Shown: positions 52,051-64,000 of the stretch, one piece after another | How the letters are laid out: each line of letters starts with the position of its first letter | Position numbering within the stretch: position 1 is the stretch's first letter | Source: Octopus sinensis | Lineage: Eukaryota | Length of the DNA: 64,000 bases | Assembly (NCBI RefSeq): GCF_006345805.1 | Contig: NC_043000.1 | Coordinates: 152,954,001 to 153,018,000 of the forward strand | Direction of reading: 5' to 3' | Translations under genes and position numbers: made by a program | The notes under the pieces: model-generated | Databases searched by the model: none | Seen by the model: only the letters and a program-made list of their open reading frames with translations | Told to the model about the DNA's origin: nothing

Positions 52051-53196
52051 AAAGACTGATAATAAATGTATTTGTTTAAAGAGTATTTTGTGAAGATGAA
52101 TTGCGTACCAGTATTTAAACAAATGTGTGTACGAGCCAGTGTTCTTCTGTATTAGTGAAATATTAGTGGAGTCTGTATTTTACTTTCTTAGTGTATTTGT
52201 GCTTTAGCACTTTAATAGTAATGCTGATGGTGATGGTGGGATTGATAGCCTCTTAATGTGATAATGGTAAGTATTTGTCTGTGTATTTTGTATGATTTTG
52301 TGTCTTTTTGGTGAGTGTGTGTGTGTGTGTGTGTGAGAGAAAGAGACAGAGATAAAGTTATCATGTTGTATTATTGTTTGTAGTAGTGTGAGTGTGTTCC
52401 TAGTATTTTGTATGTATGTGTGTGTGTGTACAGTAGTACATAAATGTATTTGTAATGTTGGTGGTAGTGGAGAGAGGGGTAGCAGCACTTTGTGATAATA
52501 ATGTTATGTGTGTTTAAATACATGCTAGCAATGTGGACAGTATGTGTGGGTTACACCAAATTTTAAGTAAATGACATTTGTGTATATGTGTATATGTGTG
52601 AATGTGAGTGGGAGGTACAGAGATTAAGAAGCTATTTTTATTTCCTTTTTCTTCTTTTGTTTTTCTTTTGCCATTTTGATAAAAATTCCTTCTTAGCTGG
52701 ATGGGCAGTTTTCTGTGTAATAGATATTGTAATTCTTGTTTGTGTAAAATCAGTCCAACAGAGTATGACTATTTAATAGTCACTGATGTTGCTTTAACCA
52801 ACGAAATACCCCCTCCATTCATCCATAATAGAAGTCTTTTTTTTACATGTTATTATTTATTTGGATTGGCAGAATCGTTAGAGCGTTGGACAAAATGTCT
52901 TCTGGTATTTGTTCCAGCTTTTTGCCTTCTGAGTTTAAACTTCGCCAAAGTTAACTTTGCCTTCCATCCTTCCAAGGTCAATAAAATAAAGTACAAGTTA
53001 AGTGCTGGGATCATTTTAATTGACTAACTTCATCCCTCCACCCCACCATCAAAAAAAGAGAGGAAAAGCGAAAAACATTGGCCATGTGCCAATGCAAGAA
53101 ATTATCATTAATTACTGGCTTTGATTCAGTCAACTAACCCTCACTCCATATCTGTGGCTTTGTGTCTAATCAAGGGATCCTTATTATTTTTATCAG

Positions 53197-53564
53197 TGGA
53201 GGCGCAATGACCCAGTGGTTAGGGCAGTGGACTCGCGGTTTCGATTCCCAGACCGGGCGTTGTGAGTGTTTATTGAGCGAAAACACCTAAAGCTCCACAA
53301 GGCTCCGGCAGGGGATGGTGGTGATCCCTGCTGTACTCTTTCACCACAACTTTCTCTCACTCTTACTTCCTGTTTCTGTTGTACCAGTATTTCAAAGGGC
53401 CGGCCTTGTCACTCTCTGTGTCACACTGAATATCCCCGAGAACTGCGTTAAGGGTACACGTGTCTGTGGAGAGCTCAGCCACTTACACGTTAATTTCACG
53501 AGCAGGCTGTTCCGTTGATCGGATCAACCGGAACCCTCGTCGTCGTAACCAACGGAGTGCTTCC
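53197..53564 (+). mobile_element. SINE family B, body type 1
   Basis: TSD attatttttatca. Confidence 0.88.
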
Positions 53565-53768
53565 ATTATTTTTATCATTTTGCAAGGTTATACAAGAAAA
53601 AACTGTGTGGCAAAGATATCCTCTTTACACTCATGAGTTGTAAGTTCAAATCCACTGCTGGTATTTCATTGACTATTTGTGATGATGATAGTGGGTCTTT
53701 ATTCCATCTGCCCTCACTTCATCTAGCTGTTTAGAATAGCTATTAGAACTTCTTTAAAATATAATAAC

Positions 53769-53931
53769 AGCAGGAGTGGCTGTGTGGTAAGTAGCTTGTT
53801 TACCAACCACATGGTTCTGGGTTCAGTCCCACTGCGTGGCATCTTGGGCAAGTGTCTTCTACTATAGCCTCGGGCCGACCAAAGCCTTGTGAGTGGATTT
53901 GGTAGACGGAAACTGAAAGAAGCCCGTCGTA

Positions 53932-53962
<31 letters not shown>

Positions 53963-54537
53963 GTTTGTGTGTGTGTTTGTGTGTCTGTATTTGTCCCTCT
54001 AGCATTGCTTGACAACCGATGCTGGTGTGTTTATGTCCCCATCACTTAGCGGTTCGGCAAAAAGAGACCAATAGAGTAAGTACTGGGCTTACGAAAGAAT
54101 AAGTCCCGGGGTCGAGTTGCTCGATTAAAGGCGGTGCTCCAGCATGGCCGCACTCAAATGACTGAAACAAGTAAGAGTAAAAGAGTAAAAGAGTATCCTA
54201 TCCAGTTGTCTCAGGATGCATAGACAAGGACAATCATTGATACTAAGGAATGGGGTAGATGGTGGTGGTGTGGGTGGGGCTTTCAAGATTTTCCTGCAGT
54301 GGCTCATGAAACTTGTTTTGTTTAGTGCCAGGACAATTCAAGTTCAAGTGACCTATAATAAAAAACATTCTAGCCATGAACAAGGTGCAGGAGTTGCTAT
54401 CTGGTAAGTAGCTTGCTTACCAACCACATGGTTCTGGGTTCAGTCCCACTTGGGCATGTGTCTTCTACTATAGCTTCAAGCCAACCAAAGCCTTGTGAAT
54501 GGGTTTGGTAGATGGAAAATGAAAGAAGCCTGTCGTG

Positions 54538-54568
<31 letters not shown>

Positions 54569-55383
54569 ATGTTTGTGTATCTGTGTTTGTTCCCCACCAC
54601 ACAATCTCTTAACAACTGATGCTGGTGTGTTTACGTCCCCATAACTTAGCTGTTCAGCAAAAGAGACTGATAGAATAAGTACTAGGCTTACAAAGAGTAA
54701 ATCCTGGGGTTGATTTGTTCAACTAAAAGGTGGTACTCCAGCTTGGCCGCTGTCAAATGACTGAAATAAATAAACGAATAAAAGAATATCGCCTTTCTTT
54801 CAGACACTGTGTAGCTAGGACAACATTATCTGGTATTAGCTTTCTTTTATTAAGATAATAGAATTTAATTTCAGTGTAATTTGGCCTCTATTTTTAGCTG
54901 ACTAAGCACCATGGGAAGGATACTTTTGTTGGTTTATTATGACGCTGTTATTTCACTTTATTATTTTTTTTTATATATATAGGTGCAGGAGTGGCTGTGT
55001 GGTAAGTAGCTTGCTAACCAACCACATGGTTCCGGGTTCAGTCCCACTGCGTGGCATCTTGGGCAAGTGTCTTCTGCTATAGACCCAGGCCGACCAATGC
55101 CTTGTGAGTGGATTTGGTAGACGGAAACTGAAAGAAGCCCGTCGTATATATGTATATATATATATATATATGTGTGTATGTGTGTGTTTGTCCCTCTAGC
55201 ATTGCTTGACAACCGATGCTGGTGTGTTTACGTCCCCGTCACTTAGCGGTTCGGCAAAAGAGACTGATAGAATAAGTACTAGGCTTACAAAGAATAAGTC
55301 CCGGGGTCGATTTGCTTGACTAAAGGTGGTGCTCCAGCATGGCCGCAGTCAAAATGACTGAAACAAGTAAAAGAGTAAAGAGT
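53769..55383 (+). mobile_element. Cluster of three co-oriented SINE A copies (about 53769-54195, 54383-54785, 54979-55383)
   Basis: Each matches the family A consensus; the middle copy is more diverged. Confidence 0.85.
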
Positions 55384-55389
55384 ATATAA

Positions 55390-56920
55390 TGTTGATGTCC
55401 TTGTTCTCATAGTCAAATCACTTCCAGAACTAGAGAAGAAATTTCAGGTGTGGAAGCAAAGTCTAGAATCAAATGGCCTTAGAATTAATCTAGCAAACAC
55501 CAAAGTCTTAGAAAGTAGGAAAGCAGACAAATCACAAATCTGCTTGATCTGTAGAAAAGGCATATGTAGAAACTCCATAAGATATACTTGGTGCTATGGA
55601 CACATAAGAGGTGCAGCAATATCAGAGGAAGGTTAACAAGGAAAATAGTCTTTTGGACTCCATCAAATGCCAGTGGGGGAAAACTAGTAGTTGATAGTTT
55701 CCATTACCTAGGTGACCAAGTTAGTAGTGGGTGTGGATGCTCCAAGAGTGTAGCTGCGAGAATAAGAATAGGCTGGGCAAAGTTCAGAGAGCTTCTACTT
55801 CTGTTGGTAGCAAAAGGTCTCTCCCTCAGAATAGAAGGCAGACTGTAAGATGCCTGTGTATGAACAGCTGTGCTCCATGGCAGTGAAACATGGGCTGTGA
55901 CTGCAGAGGACATGTGATGGCTTGAAAGAAATTAAACCAGCATGCTTTGCTGGGTCGAGGCGCAATGGCCCAGTGGTTAGGGCAGCGGACTCGCGGTCGG
56001 AGGATCGTGGTTTCGATTCCCAGACTGGGCGTTGTGTGTGTTTATTGAGTGAAAACACCTAAAAGCCCCATGAGGCTCCGGCAGGGTGTGGTGGCGACCC
56101 CTGTTGTACTCTTTTGCCACAACTTTCTCTCACTCTCTCTTCCTGTTTCTTGAGTAACGCTGCGATGGACTGGCGTCCCGTCCAGCTGGGGGGGGGGACA
56201 CACGCCACAGAAAGCGGGGAACGGGGCTCATGAGCCTGGCTAGGCTTGAAAAGGGCGAAAGAAGATGCTTTGCTGAATGGGCAATGTCAGTGTGCCTGTA
56301 TGACAGAGCATAAACGTCTTGAGAGAAAAACTGGGCATAAGAAGCATCTGATATGGTATGCGAGGGAGACAAATATGCTGGTATGGTAATGTGATGCATG
56401 TGGACAAGGACAGCTGTATAAAGAAATGCTGAGCTCCAACTGTGAAGGGAACCTGTGGAAGAGGAAGACAATGGGATGAGGTGGTGAAGCATGATCTTCA
56501 AATGTTGCACCTAATGCAGGTGATGACCAGTGACGAAGACCTTTGGCGATAAGCTGTGCTTGAGAAGAAACATCAAGCAAGTGAAATCCTATGCATGACT
56601 GAGACCTTTCATGATATACTGTGCCTGAGAACACACAATAAAACCAAATGAAGTCATAGTTGTGATTGTTGCCAGTATCATGAAATATCACCTGTGGAAT
56701 GATAGTCATGGCTGTTGCTGGTGTCTTGTAAATGGCACCCACACTGTTACTAAAAAAAGACACCCATTGCACTCTCAGAGTGGTTGGCATTAGGAAGGAC
56801 ATCCAGCCATAGAAACAATGCCAAATCAGATTGGAACCTGGTACAACTCCAGTTTATCACTTCCAGTCAAACTAGCTAACCCATGCCAGCATGGAAAGTG
56901 GACATTAAATGATTATTATA
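55390..56920 (+). mobile_element. Decayed RTE LINE 3' half interrupted by a SINE
   Basis: WKQSLESNGLRINLANTKVL...CRKG...WTHKRCSN...FHYLGDQV fragments and RTE tail. Confidence 0.85.
55953..56264 (+). mobile_element. SINE family B head with body type 3 (V-domain-like core)
   Basis: 11-bp TSD atgctttgctg; contains GCGATGGACTGGCGTCCCGTCCAG. Confidence 0.85.
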
Positions 56921-57418
56921 ATTATTATTATTATTATTGAGTGAGAGAGCAGTTCATGCCATCAAAGTGACACTAGGGTAAAATATACGAAGCCCAATAC
57001 CCATCTGATAAGGGTACACCAGGCACATGCATCACAACCATATGTGCGCGACATGGTGATCTCATATCAAGATAAACAGCACATGACCTTGCAGGTGGGG
57101 CCCAGTTAGAATTTTCTTCAGGTTGAGTAGCCCATTATTATTATTATTATTATTTGACATCACTCTGTAAAGAGGTTGACATTAGGAAGGGCATCCAGCC
57201 ATAGGAACAATGCCAGAACAGACATATGGAGCCTGATGTGGCCCATGGAGACATATATTACTTTACTTAGAAACAGTTGAAGGTTGGCAACATGAATGTC
57301 TTCTGGTTTTAAAAATCTACCTCAGCAAATTCCATCTGACCCATGGAAAAGTGGGCATTAAAATGGTAATGATGATTTCCATTATGGGCTTCCATACAGT
57401 TTCTGACTACCATCCAGT

Positions 57419-57802
57419 GGAAGCACTCTGTCGGTTACGACGACGAGGGTTCCGGTTGATCTGATCAACAGAACAGCCTGCTCGTGAAATTAACGTGTAA
57501 GTGGCTGAGCACTCCACAGACACATGCACCCTTAACGTAGTTCTCAGGGATATTCAGCGTGACACAGAGAGTGACAAGGCCGGCCCTTTGAAATACAGGT
57601 ACAACAGAAACAGGAAGTAAGAGTGAGAGAAAGTTGTGGTGAAAGAGTACAGCAGGAATCACCACCATCCCCTGCCAGAGCCTTGTGGAGCTTTAGGTGT
57701 TTTCGCTCAATAAACACTCACAACGCCCGGTCTGGGAATCGAAACCGCAATCCTACGACCGCGAGTCCGCTGCCCTAACCACTGGGCCATTGCGCCTCCA
57801 CG
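57419..57802 (-). mobile_element. SINE family B, body type 1
   Basis: TSD accatccagt. Confidence 0.88.
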
Positions 57803-58570
57803 ACCATCCAGTATGATCATGTACTCATGCTTTAGCTCTGTTTCATTCTTTTACTTTTGTTCAGTTCACTTTTATTTTCTTTACACAGTCAAGCTGACTT
57901 TGTAGGTTGGCCGGGCATAATGTATAGTTTAAATCAGTGTAAAATCTCTAGATTTCTTTTTCCTGCTTAACCCTTTGTAGCTTGGAAATATGAGACAAAA
58001 CGACAAGGAAGCTGTGCTTGTTAACTGCAAAATCACTGTTAATTTCACTAATGCACATAGACCTGCATGTTATAAAACCCTGCATACATTGAGTGCATGT
58101 GTTTCAGTTTTGTTCACGTGCACCAAAAAAGAGTGGGAAAAAAAATTCAACGGAAAACGGAAGTGATATAATTGACCATAACTGTATCATATTCCTCAGT
58201 AAAGAAAAGAAAAAGGCTGAAAACAAGAAAAAAAAAAAAAAAAAGAACTTTGCAAATTTTTAATTAATCTGTTATATTTTTACTTCATTCACACCACCTA
58301 ATAGCATGGGGTTAATTGCAGGTTAAGGTTGAGTTAGAGCTCTTATTTTATTTCACACTATTAATCTCTGGATGTGAGCATTGCAGTTGGTTGAGTAACT
58401 TGTATATTAACAGTTACCAAGCTGTAGTAATTATTATGACTAATTTTTTCATATGGTTGCAAAAGGCCCTAATTATTAATGATTAATGTGTTTTATTGGA
58501 TTCTAATATCCAAACAAGTTGTATCTGGCATTGAGGTTCTAGAACATCAGTCGAGTATAATAGGATTATT

Positions 58571-58877
58571 CACGTGATCACGTAACCGACCAGACCATCA
58601 GATGTTGTTACACATCGCTGGTCACAATGCGTTTGCATTGTTTTAGCCTTCGAATGATGCCAGCCCACTGGCTAAGCGAGCAGGCCAACAGAAGAAAGAG
58701 AGAGAGAAAGTTGTGGTGAAAGAGTACAGCAGGGATCACCACCCCCCTGCCGGAGCCTCGTGGAGCCTTTTTAGGTGTTTTCGCTCAATAAACACTCACA
58801 ACGCCCGGACTGGGAATCGGAACTGCGATCCTTCGACCGCGAGTCCGCTGCCCTAACCACTAGGCCATTGCGTCTCC
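58571..58877 (-). mobile_element. SINE family B head with body type 2
   Basis: 14-bp TSD ataataggattatt. Confidence 0.88.
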
Positions 58878-58938
58878 ATAATAGGATTATTAGTGTACTT
58901 AATCGTTATTTTACCCATTATTATCTACATTGAATATA

Positions 58939-59171
58939 TATTTTTTTTTTACTACCCACAAGGGGCTAAACACGGAGGAGACAAACAAGGACAGACAAAC
59001 GGATTAAGTCGATTACATCGACCCCAGTGCGTAACTGGTACTTAATTTATCGACCCCGGAAGGATGAAAGGCAAAGTCGACCTCGGCGGAATTTGAACTC
59101 GGAACGTAAGAGCAGACGAAATACGGCAACGCATTTCGCCCGGCGTGCTAACGTTTCTGCCAGCTCGCTGC
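58939..59171 (-). mobile_element. SINE family D
   Basis: 14-bp TSD ctacattgaatata. Confidence 0.88.
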
Positions 59172-59416
59172 CTACATTGAATATAGAACATTTTTCTGTT
59201 TTGAAAAACATCCTTATCAATTTTATCACACAAATGGATGAATTATATGTTTGTATGAGGAGCTGTCATCCTTTATATGTATGTATGTATTAGAATGCTA
59301 CCCATCATATGATGAATAACTTTGGAAGTATTTTTATGCCACCATGGAGTAATATCAGGAAATATGGCATGCATACAATACTTAACTATTGAATTATACA
59401 AAATGATGAAATGTAT

Positions 59417-59827
59417 ACTCTTTTACTCTTTTACTTGTTTCAGTCATTTGACTGTGGCCATGCTGGAGCACCGCCTTTAGTCGAGCAAATCGACCCCAGG
59501 ACTTATTCTTTGTAAGCCTAGTACTTATTCTATCGGTCTCTTTTGCCGAACTGCTAAGTTACAGGGACGTAAACACACCAGCATCGGTTGTCAGGCGATG
59601 TTGGGGGAACAAACACAGACACACAAACATATACACACACATGCATATATATATACATATATACGACGGGCTTCTTTCAGTTTCCGTCTACCAAATCCCC
59701 TCCCAAGGCTTTGGTCGGCCCGAGGCTATAGTAGAAGACACTTGCCCAAGGTGCCACGCAGTGGGACTGAACCCAGAACCATGTGGTTGGTAAACAAGCT
59801 ACTTACCACACAGCCACTCCTACGCCT
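59417..59827 (-). mobile_element. SINE family A
   Basis: Full-length copy; inverted partner at 60176-60580. Confidence 0.86.
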
Positions 59828-60175
59828 ATGTAAGTGAAGTGAAATGACTACAACCTCAAATTAATTGTATACTAATTTTCAAAGCAAAAATATTTATTTC
59901 CTTAACAATTAAAGTTAAATAAAACAAATTTCCCATTTGTATAACTTTTGTCCCATAACAAATCTGTCATTTACTGCTTCTTCTCCTCTTCCTCTGTCTC
60001 TGATTCTTTCTCTCTCATTGTTTGTGTATGGCACTCTTTTTTCTTTGTCTGTCACTAAGCTTTATATATACACTCATCTTACACCTCTTACAGTAACTCT
60101 CTTCCTGTCTATCTATTACTCTTTTCCACCACCTCTCTATATGATGTAAAGCATGGCTAGAGAAACCAACAAACA

Positions 60176-60580
60176 TAGGCGCAGGAGTGGCTGTGTGGTA
60201 AGTAGCTTGCTAACCAACCACATGGCTCCGGGTTCAGTCCCACTGCGTGGCACCTTGGGCAAGTGTCTTCTGCTATAGCCCCGGGCCGACCAATGCCTTG
60301 TGAGTGGATTTGGTAAACTGAAAGAAGCCTGTCGTATATATGTATATATATATGTGTGTATGTGTTTGTGTGTCTGTGTTTGTCCCCCTAGCATTGCTTG
60401 ACAACCGATGCTGGTGTGTTTACGTCCCTGTCACTTAGCGGTTCGGCAAAAGGAGACCGATAGAATAAGTACTGGGCTTACAAAGAATAAGTCCCGGGGT
60501 CGATTTGCTCTCGACTAAAGGCGGTGCTCCAGCATGGCCGCAGTCAAATGACTGAAACAAGTAAAAGAGTAAAAGAGTAA
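60176..60580 (+). mobile_element. SINE family A
   Basis: Full-length copy. Confidence 0.86.
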
Positions 60581-61439
60581 ACCCACCAACCAACATTTAT
60601 ATCAGCTATTATTATGCAGAGATCACTTATATTACTAATGCATTTTGAAAGTGACTTAACACTCATTTTAATCTCTTATATTAGAGCAAATAATAATATC
60701 CTATTTTAATATTTTAATTTGAGGTTGTAGTCATTTCACTTCACTTACATTGCTTAATGCTCTTTGGAAAATCATCACTGACATGTTTTTCTATGTGCCT
60801 TCTCTAAATACCTAAAGCTGTATGAGTATGTAAGAAGCAAAATGTACTTTGCTTATTTAAAACAACATAACTCAGTATCAGTGTAAAAAAAAATGCTCTC
60901 CTGTTAGGTTTTGGAAATGCCAGCTGTTTAGTTTCCTATTTAAGTATGTTTTCTTATGTATGTATGTGTGTTTTTTTGTGGGAATATATCAGTATATGTT
61001 TATATATGTGTATATACATGTATTTGTCTATGTATGTGTATGTATTTTATTTTTTCTGTTGTGTTTCTTTTGGTCTGTACATATGTGTGTGTGTATGTGC
61101 TTGTTACACACATGTGTGAGAGCGAGAAAGAAATTTAGTGATGAATACATTCTGGCTGTTATCAATCACTGCCTTGTTACATTATAGATGATTCCAGAAA
61201 GACCTAAGCTCAGAGATTACACCCTGAAAAGAAACTGTAGTAATAAACTTTTCAGAGTTGATATGCAGTATTTTCCATTATCTTTAGTCTCTCTTGCTAC
61301 CGGGGTGATCAGCCTGAGCCCATCTTTGTTGTTTAGCACTGTTTTCCTCCTGCAACTAGACTTTTGCTCTCTTCTGCAGCCCAAAGTAGCTTCTTCAACC
61401 TATAGTTCTTAATGTCTCTTTCCAGATGCTATCTTATTG

Positions 61440-62400
61440 CCTTGCAGAGAACAAAGCACTGCTTTTATATAATCAAAAAAAAGAATAAATTTCCTTCCTG
61501 GTCTTGACACTATTCCCACAGAGATCATGAAGGAGGATAAATATTTCTTTACAAGAACGTCATTGTTGCATTGCAGAAGAACAGAGCTAGGAGTATACAG
61601 CTTAACATTGGGAGGATTCTAAATCATTATCATTTACAGAAACAAAGGAGATGAAAGAATTCTTTTCTTTTTTTTTGGAATGGTTCAACTTGAAGTTTCT
61701 TTATTCTTATGACTAGCAGTATCGCCCGGCGTTGCTCGGGTTTGTAAGGGAAATAACTATATAAGCATTTTTAGAGAGTTATAGCCAAAAAATAGCAAAA
61801 AAATGCATTAAAAATGGAAAAAAAAATGATGGTAAATTTTTTTTTAAATCGTTGACTCATCGTAGACATTTTTAGAGAGTTACTTCCCTTATATAATAGC
61901 GAAAAAATGCATTAAAATGGAAAAAAATGATGGTAAATTTTTTTTTAAAATCGTAGAGATCATCATAGACGTGCGCTAATACCCAGAAGGGCTCGATATG
62001 AATCACGACTATAAGATACCCGGTTTTGGTTAAACTGCACCGCAAAATGTGGGAGTAGTTAGGAATCTAAATCGTAAGAGACAGACACACAACCTCTCTT
62101 TTATATATAAAGATGTCAAAGGAGATAAGTGTATTTGCTGTAATAGTAGGGCTATAGTAATCTTGTGTCTTCCTGAGAAGTTCATATTCTAGTTTAGTTG
62201 AATCAATATCAGAAATCATTGCACCAGAGTCAGAGTGCAGTTTCTGCTAAAAAAGATAATTGTCATTATCTTTATTGCAAGGCATCTGTAGGAGAAATGC
62301 AGAGAGTGACATCAGGACACATTCATTGCATTTCTGGATCTGCTAATAGCTTTTCATTTAGTAACTTTGAAATTATTTCTGACTCGGACTCCAGTTTTAC
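61440..62400 (+). mobile_element. Old RTE-clade RT relic split by a Helitron
   Basis: PGLDTIPTEIMK, IIIYRNKGD, PESECSF and IFIARHL.EKCRE...FIAFLDL motifs in the expected order. Confidence 0.65.
61713..62113 (-). mobile_element. Non-autonomous Helitron (subfamily 2)
   Basis: Helitron termini, A|T target, internal duplication. Confidence 0.9.
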
Positions 62401-62659
62401 TTTGTCTGTAAGTGTTGCAATTATTTATGCCTGACTACCAATCTTGTACATAATACTACCAGATTAGTGGTTGGGCATAAATAGCTAAACTACCAGTTAA
62501 TATCTCCAGAGGTGACGTCTTCAATGAGTGGTACACTGAAATATATCCAACCATGTAAGAAAAGGGTTGCTTTAAAAAGGAAAGAAAAGAAAGTAACAGA
62601 GTTAACTGGTTATCGTATGAGGGACTACAACTAATGACAAGACACCATGAAATCCTTCA

Positions 62660-64000
62660 AATCCATGCTAGCATGGGTTTTGGACGGTTCGACCAGGGTT
62701 CTGGGAAGCCAGAAGGCTGCACCAGGCTCCAGTCTAATCTGGCAATGTTTCTACAGCTGGATGCCCTTCCTAACGCCAACCACTCCGTGAGTGTAGTGGG
62801 TGCTTTTTACGTGCCACATGCACAGGTGCCAGGCGGGGCTGGCAACGGCCACGGTCAGATGGTGTATTATTTTGTGCCACCGGCACGGAAGCCAGTCGAG
62901 GCGGTGCTGGCATCGGCCACGAGTCGGATAGTGCTTTTTACGTACCACCAGACCAGGGATCCTGGCTGGTTCAATTCGATTTCGATTTCGCTTGCCCCAA
63001 CATGTCTTCACAAGCAAAGCGGGGTTGGCATGGGTGCCTGTCGTACGGTCGCATTGGAGTATTTTACGTGCCACGGCCACGAGTCGATAGTGCTTTTTAC
63101 GTACCACCAGGCCAGGGATCCTGGCTGGTTCAATTCGGTTTCGATTTCGATTGCCCCCAAACATGTTCTTCGCAAGCATGGGGGGTGGCGGGGTGTCGTG
63201 TGGGTGTCTTTCGGGTGAGGTTCTATATCGACTTCGCTTGCCTCAGCCGGTTTGCGTCCAGGGGAGGAAAGGCATTCATAAGTGGGCTGGGCTCACTTGT
63301 CCTGCCTGGTCTTCTCACGTACAGAATATTTCCAAAGGTCTCGGTCGCTGGTCATTTCCTCAGTGAGGCCTAAAGTTCGAAGGTCGTGCTTCACCACCTC
63401 GTCCCAGGTTTTCCTGGGTCTACCTCTTCCACGGGTTCCCTCAACTGCTAGGGATTGCACTTTTCTCACACACCATCTTCATCCATTCTCGCCACATGAC
63501 CATACCAGCGCAATCGTCTCTCTTGCACACCACAACTGATGCTTCTTAGGTTACAACATTTCTCTCAAGGTGCTAACGCTCTGTCGAGTATGTACACTGA
63601 CATTACACATCCATCGGAGCATACTGGCTTCATTCCTCACGAGCTTACGCATGTCCTCAGCAGTCACGGCCCATGTTTCGCTGCCATGTAGCATGGCTGT
63701 TCGTACACACGCATCATACAGTCTGCCTTTTACTCTGAGCGAGAGGCCTTTAGTCACCAGCAGAGGTAAGCGCTCCCTAAACTTTGCCCAGGCTATTCTT
63801 ATTCTAGCAGTTACACTTTCAGCGCACCCACCCCCACTACTGACTTGGTCACCTAGATAACGGAAGCTATTAACTACTTCTAGTTTTTCCCCCTGGAAGT
63901 GACGGAAGTTGTTTTCTGCAGATTTTCGGAGGTAATGCTCCCGAGCATCTGCCACATACAAAAACTATCTTCCCAGTTAGCCTACCTTTGACATTGCTGC
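62660..64000 (-). mobile_element. Relatively young, CpG-rich RTE LINE running off the window edge
   Basis: GEKLEVVNSFRYLGDQVSSGGGC...RIAWAKFRE...MLHGSETW; frameshifts near 63550 and 63890. Confidence 0.92.

Overview
AT-rich, repeat-saturated eukaryotic genomic DNA, almost certainly from an octopus (inferred from the SINE, RTE and Helitron families and the long introns). One host gene is well supported: five + strand exons (24022-35621) encoding the first half of the MoeA-like E-domain of gephyrin (GPHN). All have canonical AG/GT sites and compatible phases. I could not find the upstream G-domain exons or the exon after STGNE in the window. Most of the rest is mobile DNA: at least four tRNA-derived SINE families, about 20 RTE LINE fragments including one near-full-length decayed copy, CR1/L2 relics, five non-autonomous Helitrons, hAT and piggyBac-type MITEs with intact TSDs, two internally deleted mariners and a decayed hAT-like transposase. 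The most notable hidden feature is a complete minimal type I hammerhead ribozyme (28095-28155, minus strand) enclosed by a perfect 80-bp inverted repeat in a gephyrin intron. Other points of interest are a C4HC3 PHD-like finger inside the RTE reverse transcriptase, one SINE head carrying three different bodies, and a locally amplified, partly inverted SINE array. All calls were made by reading the sequence; no database searches were run.
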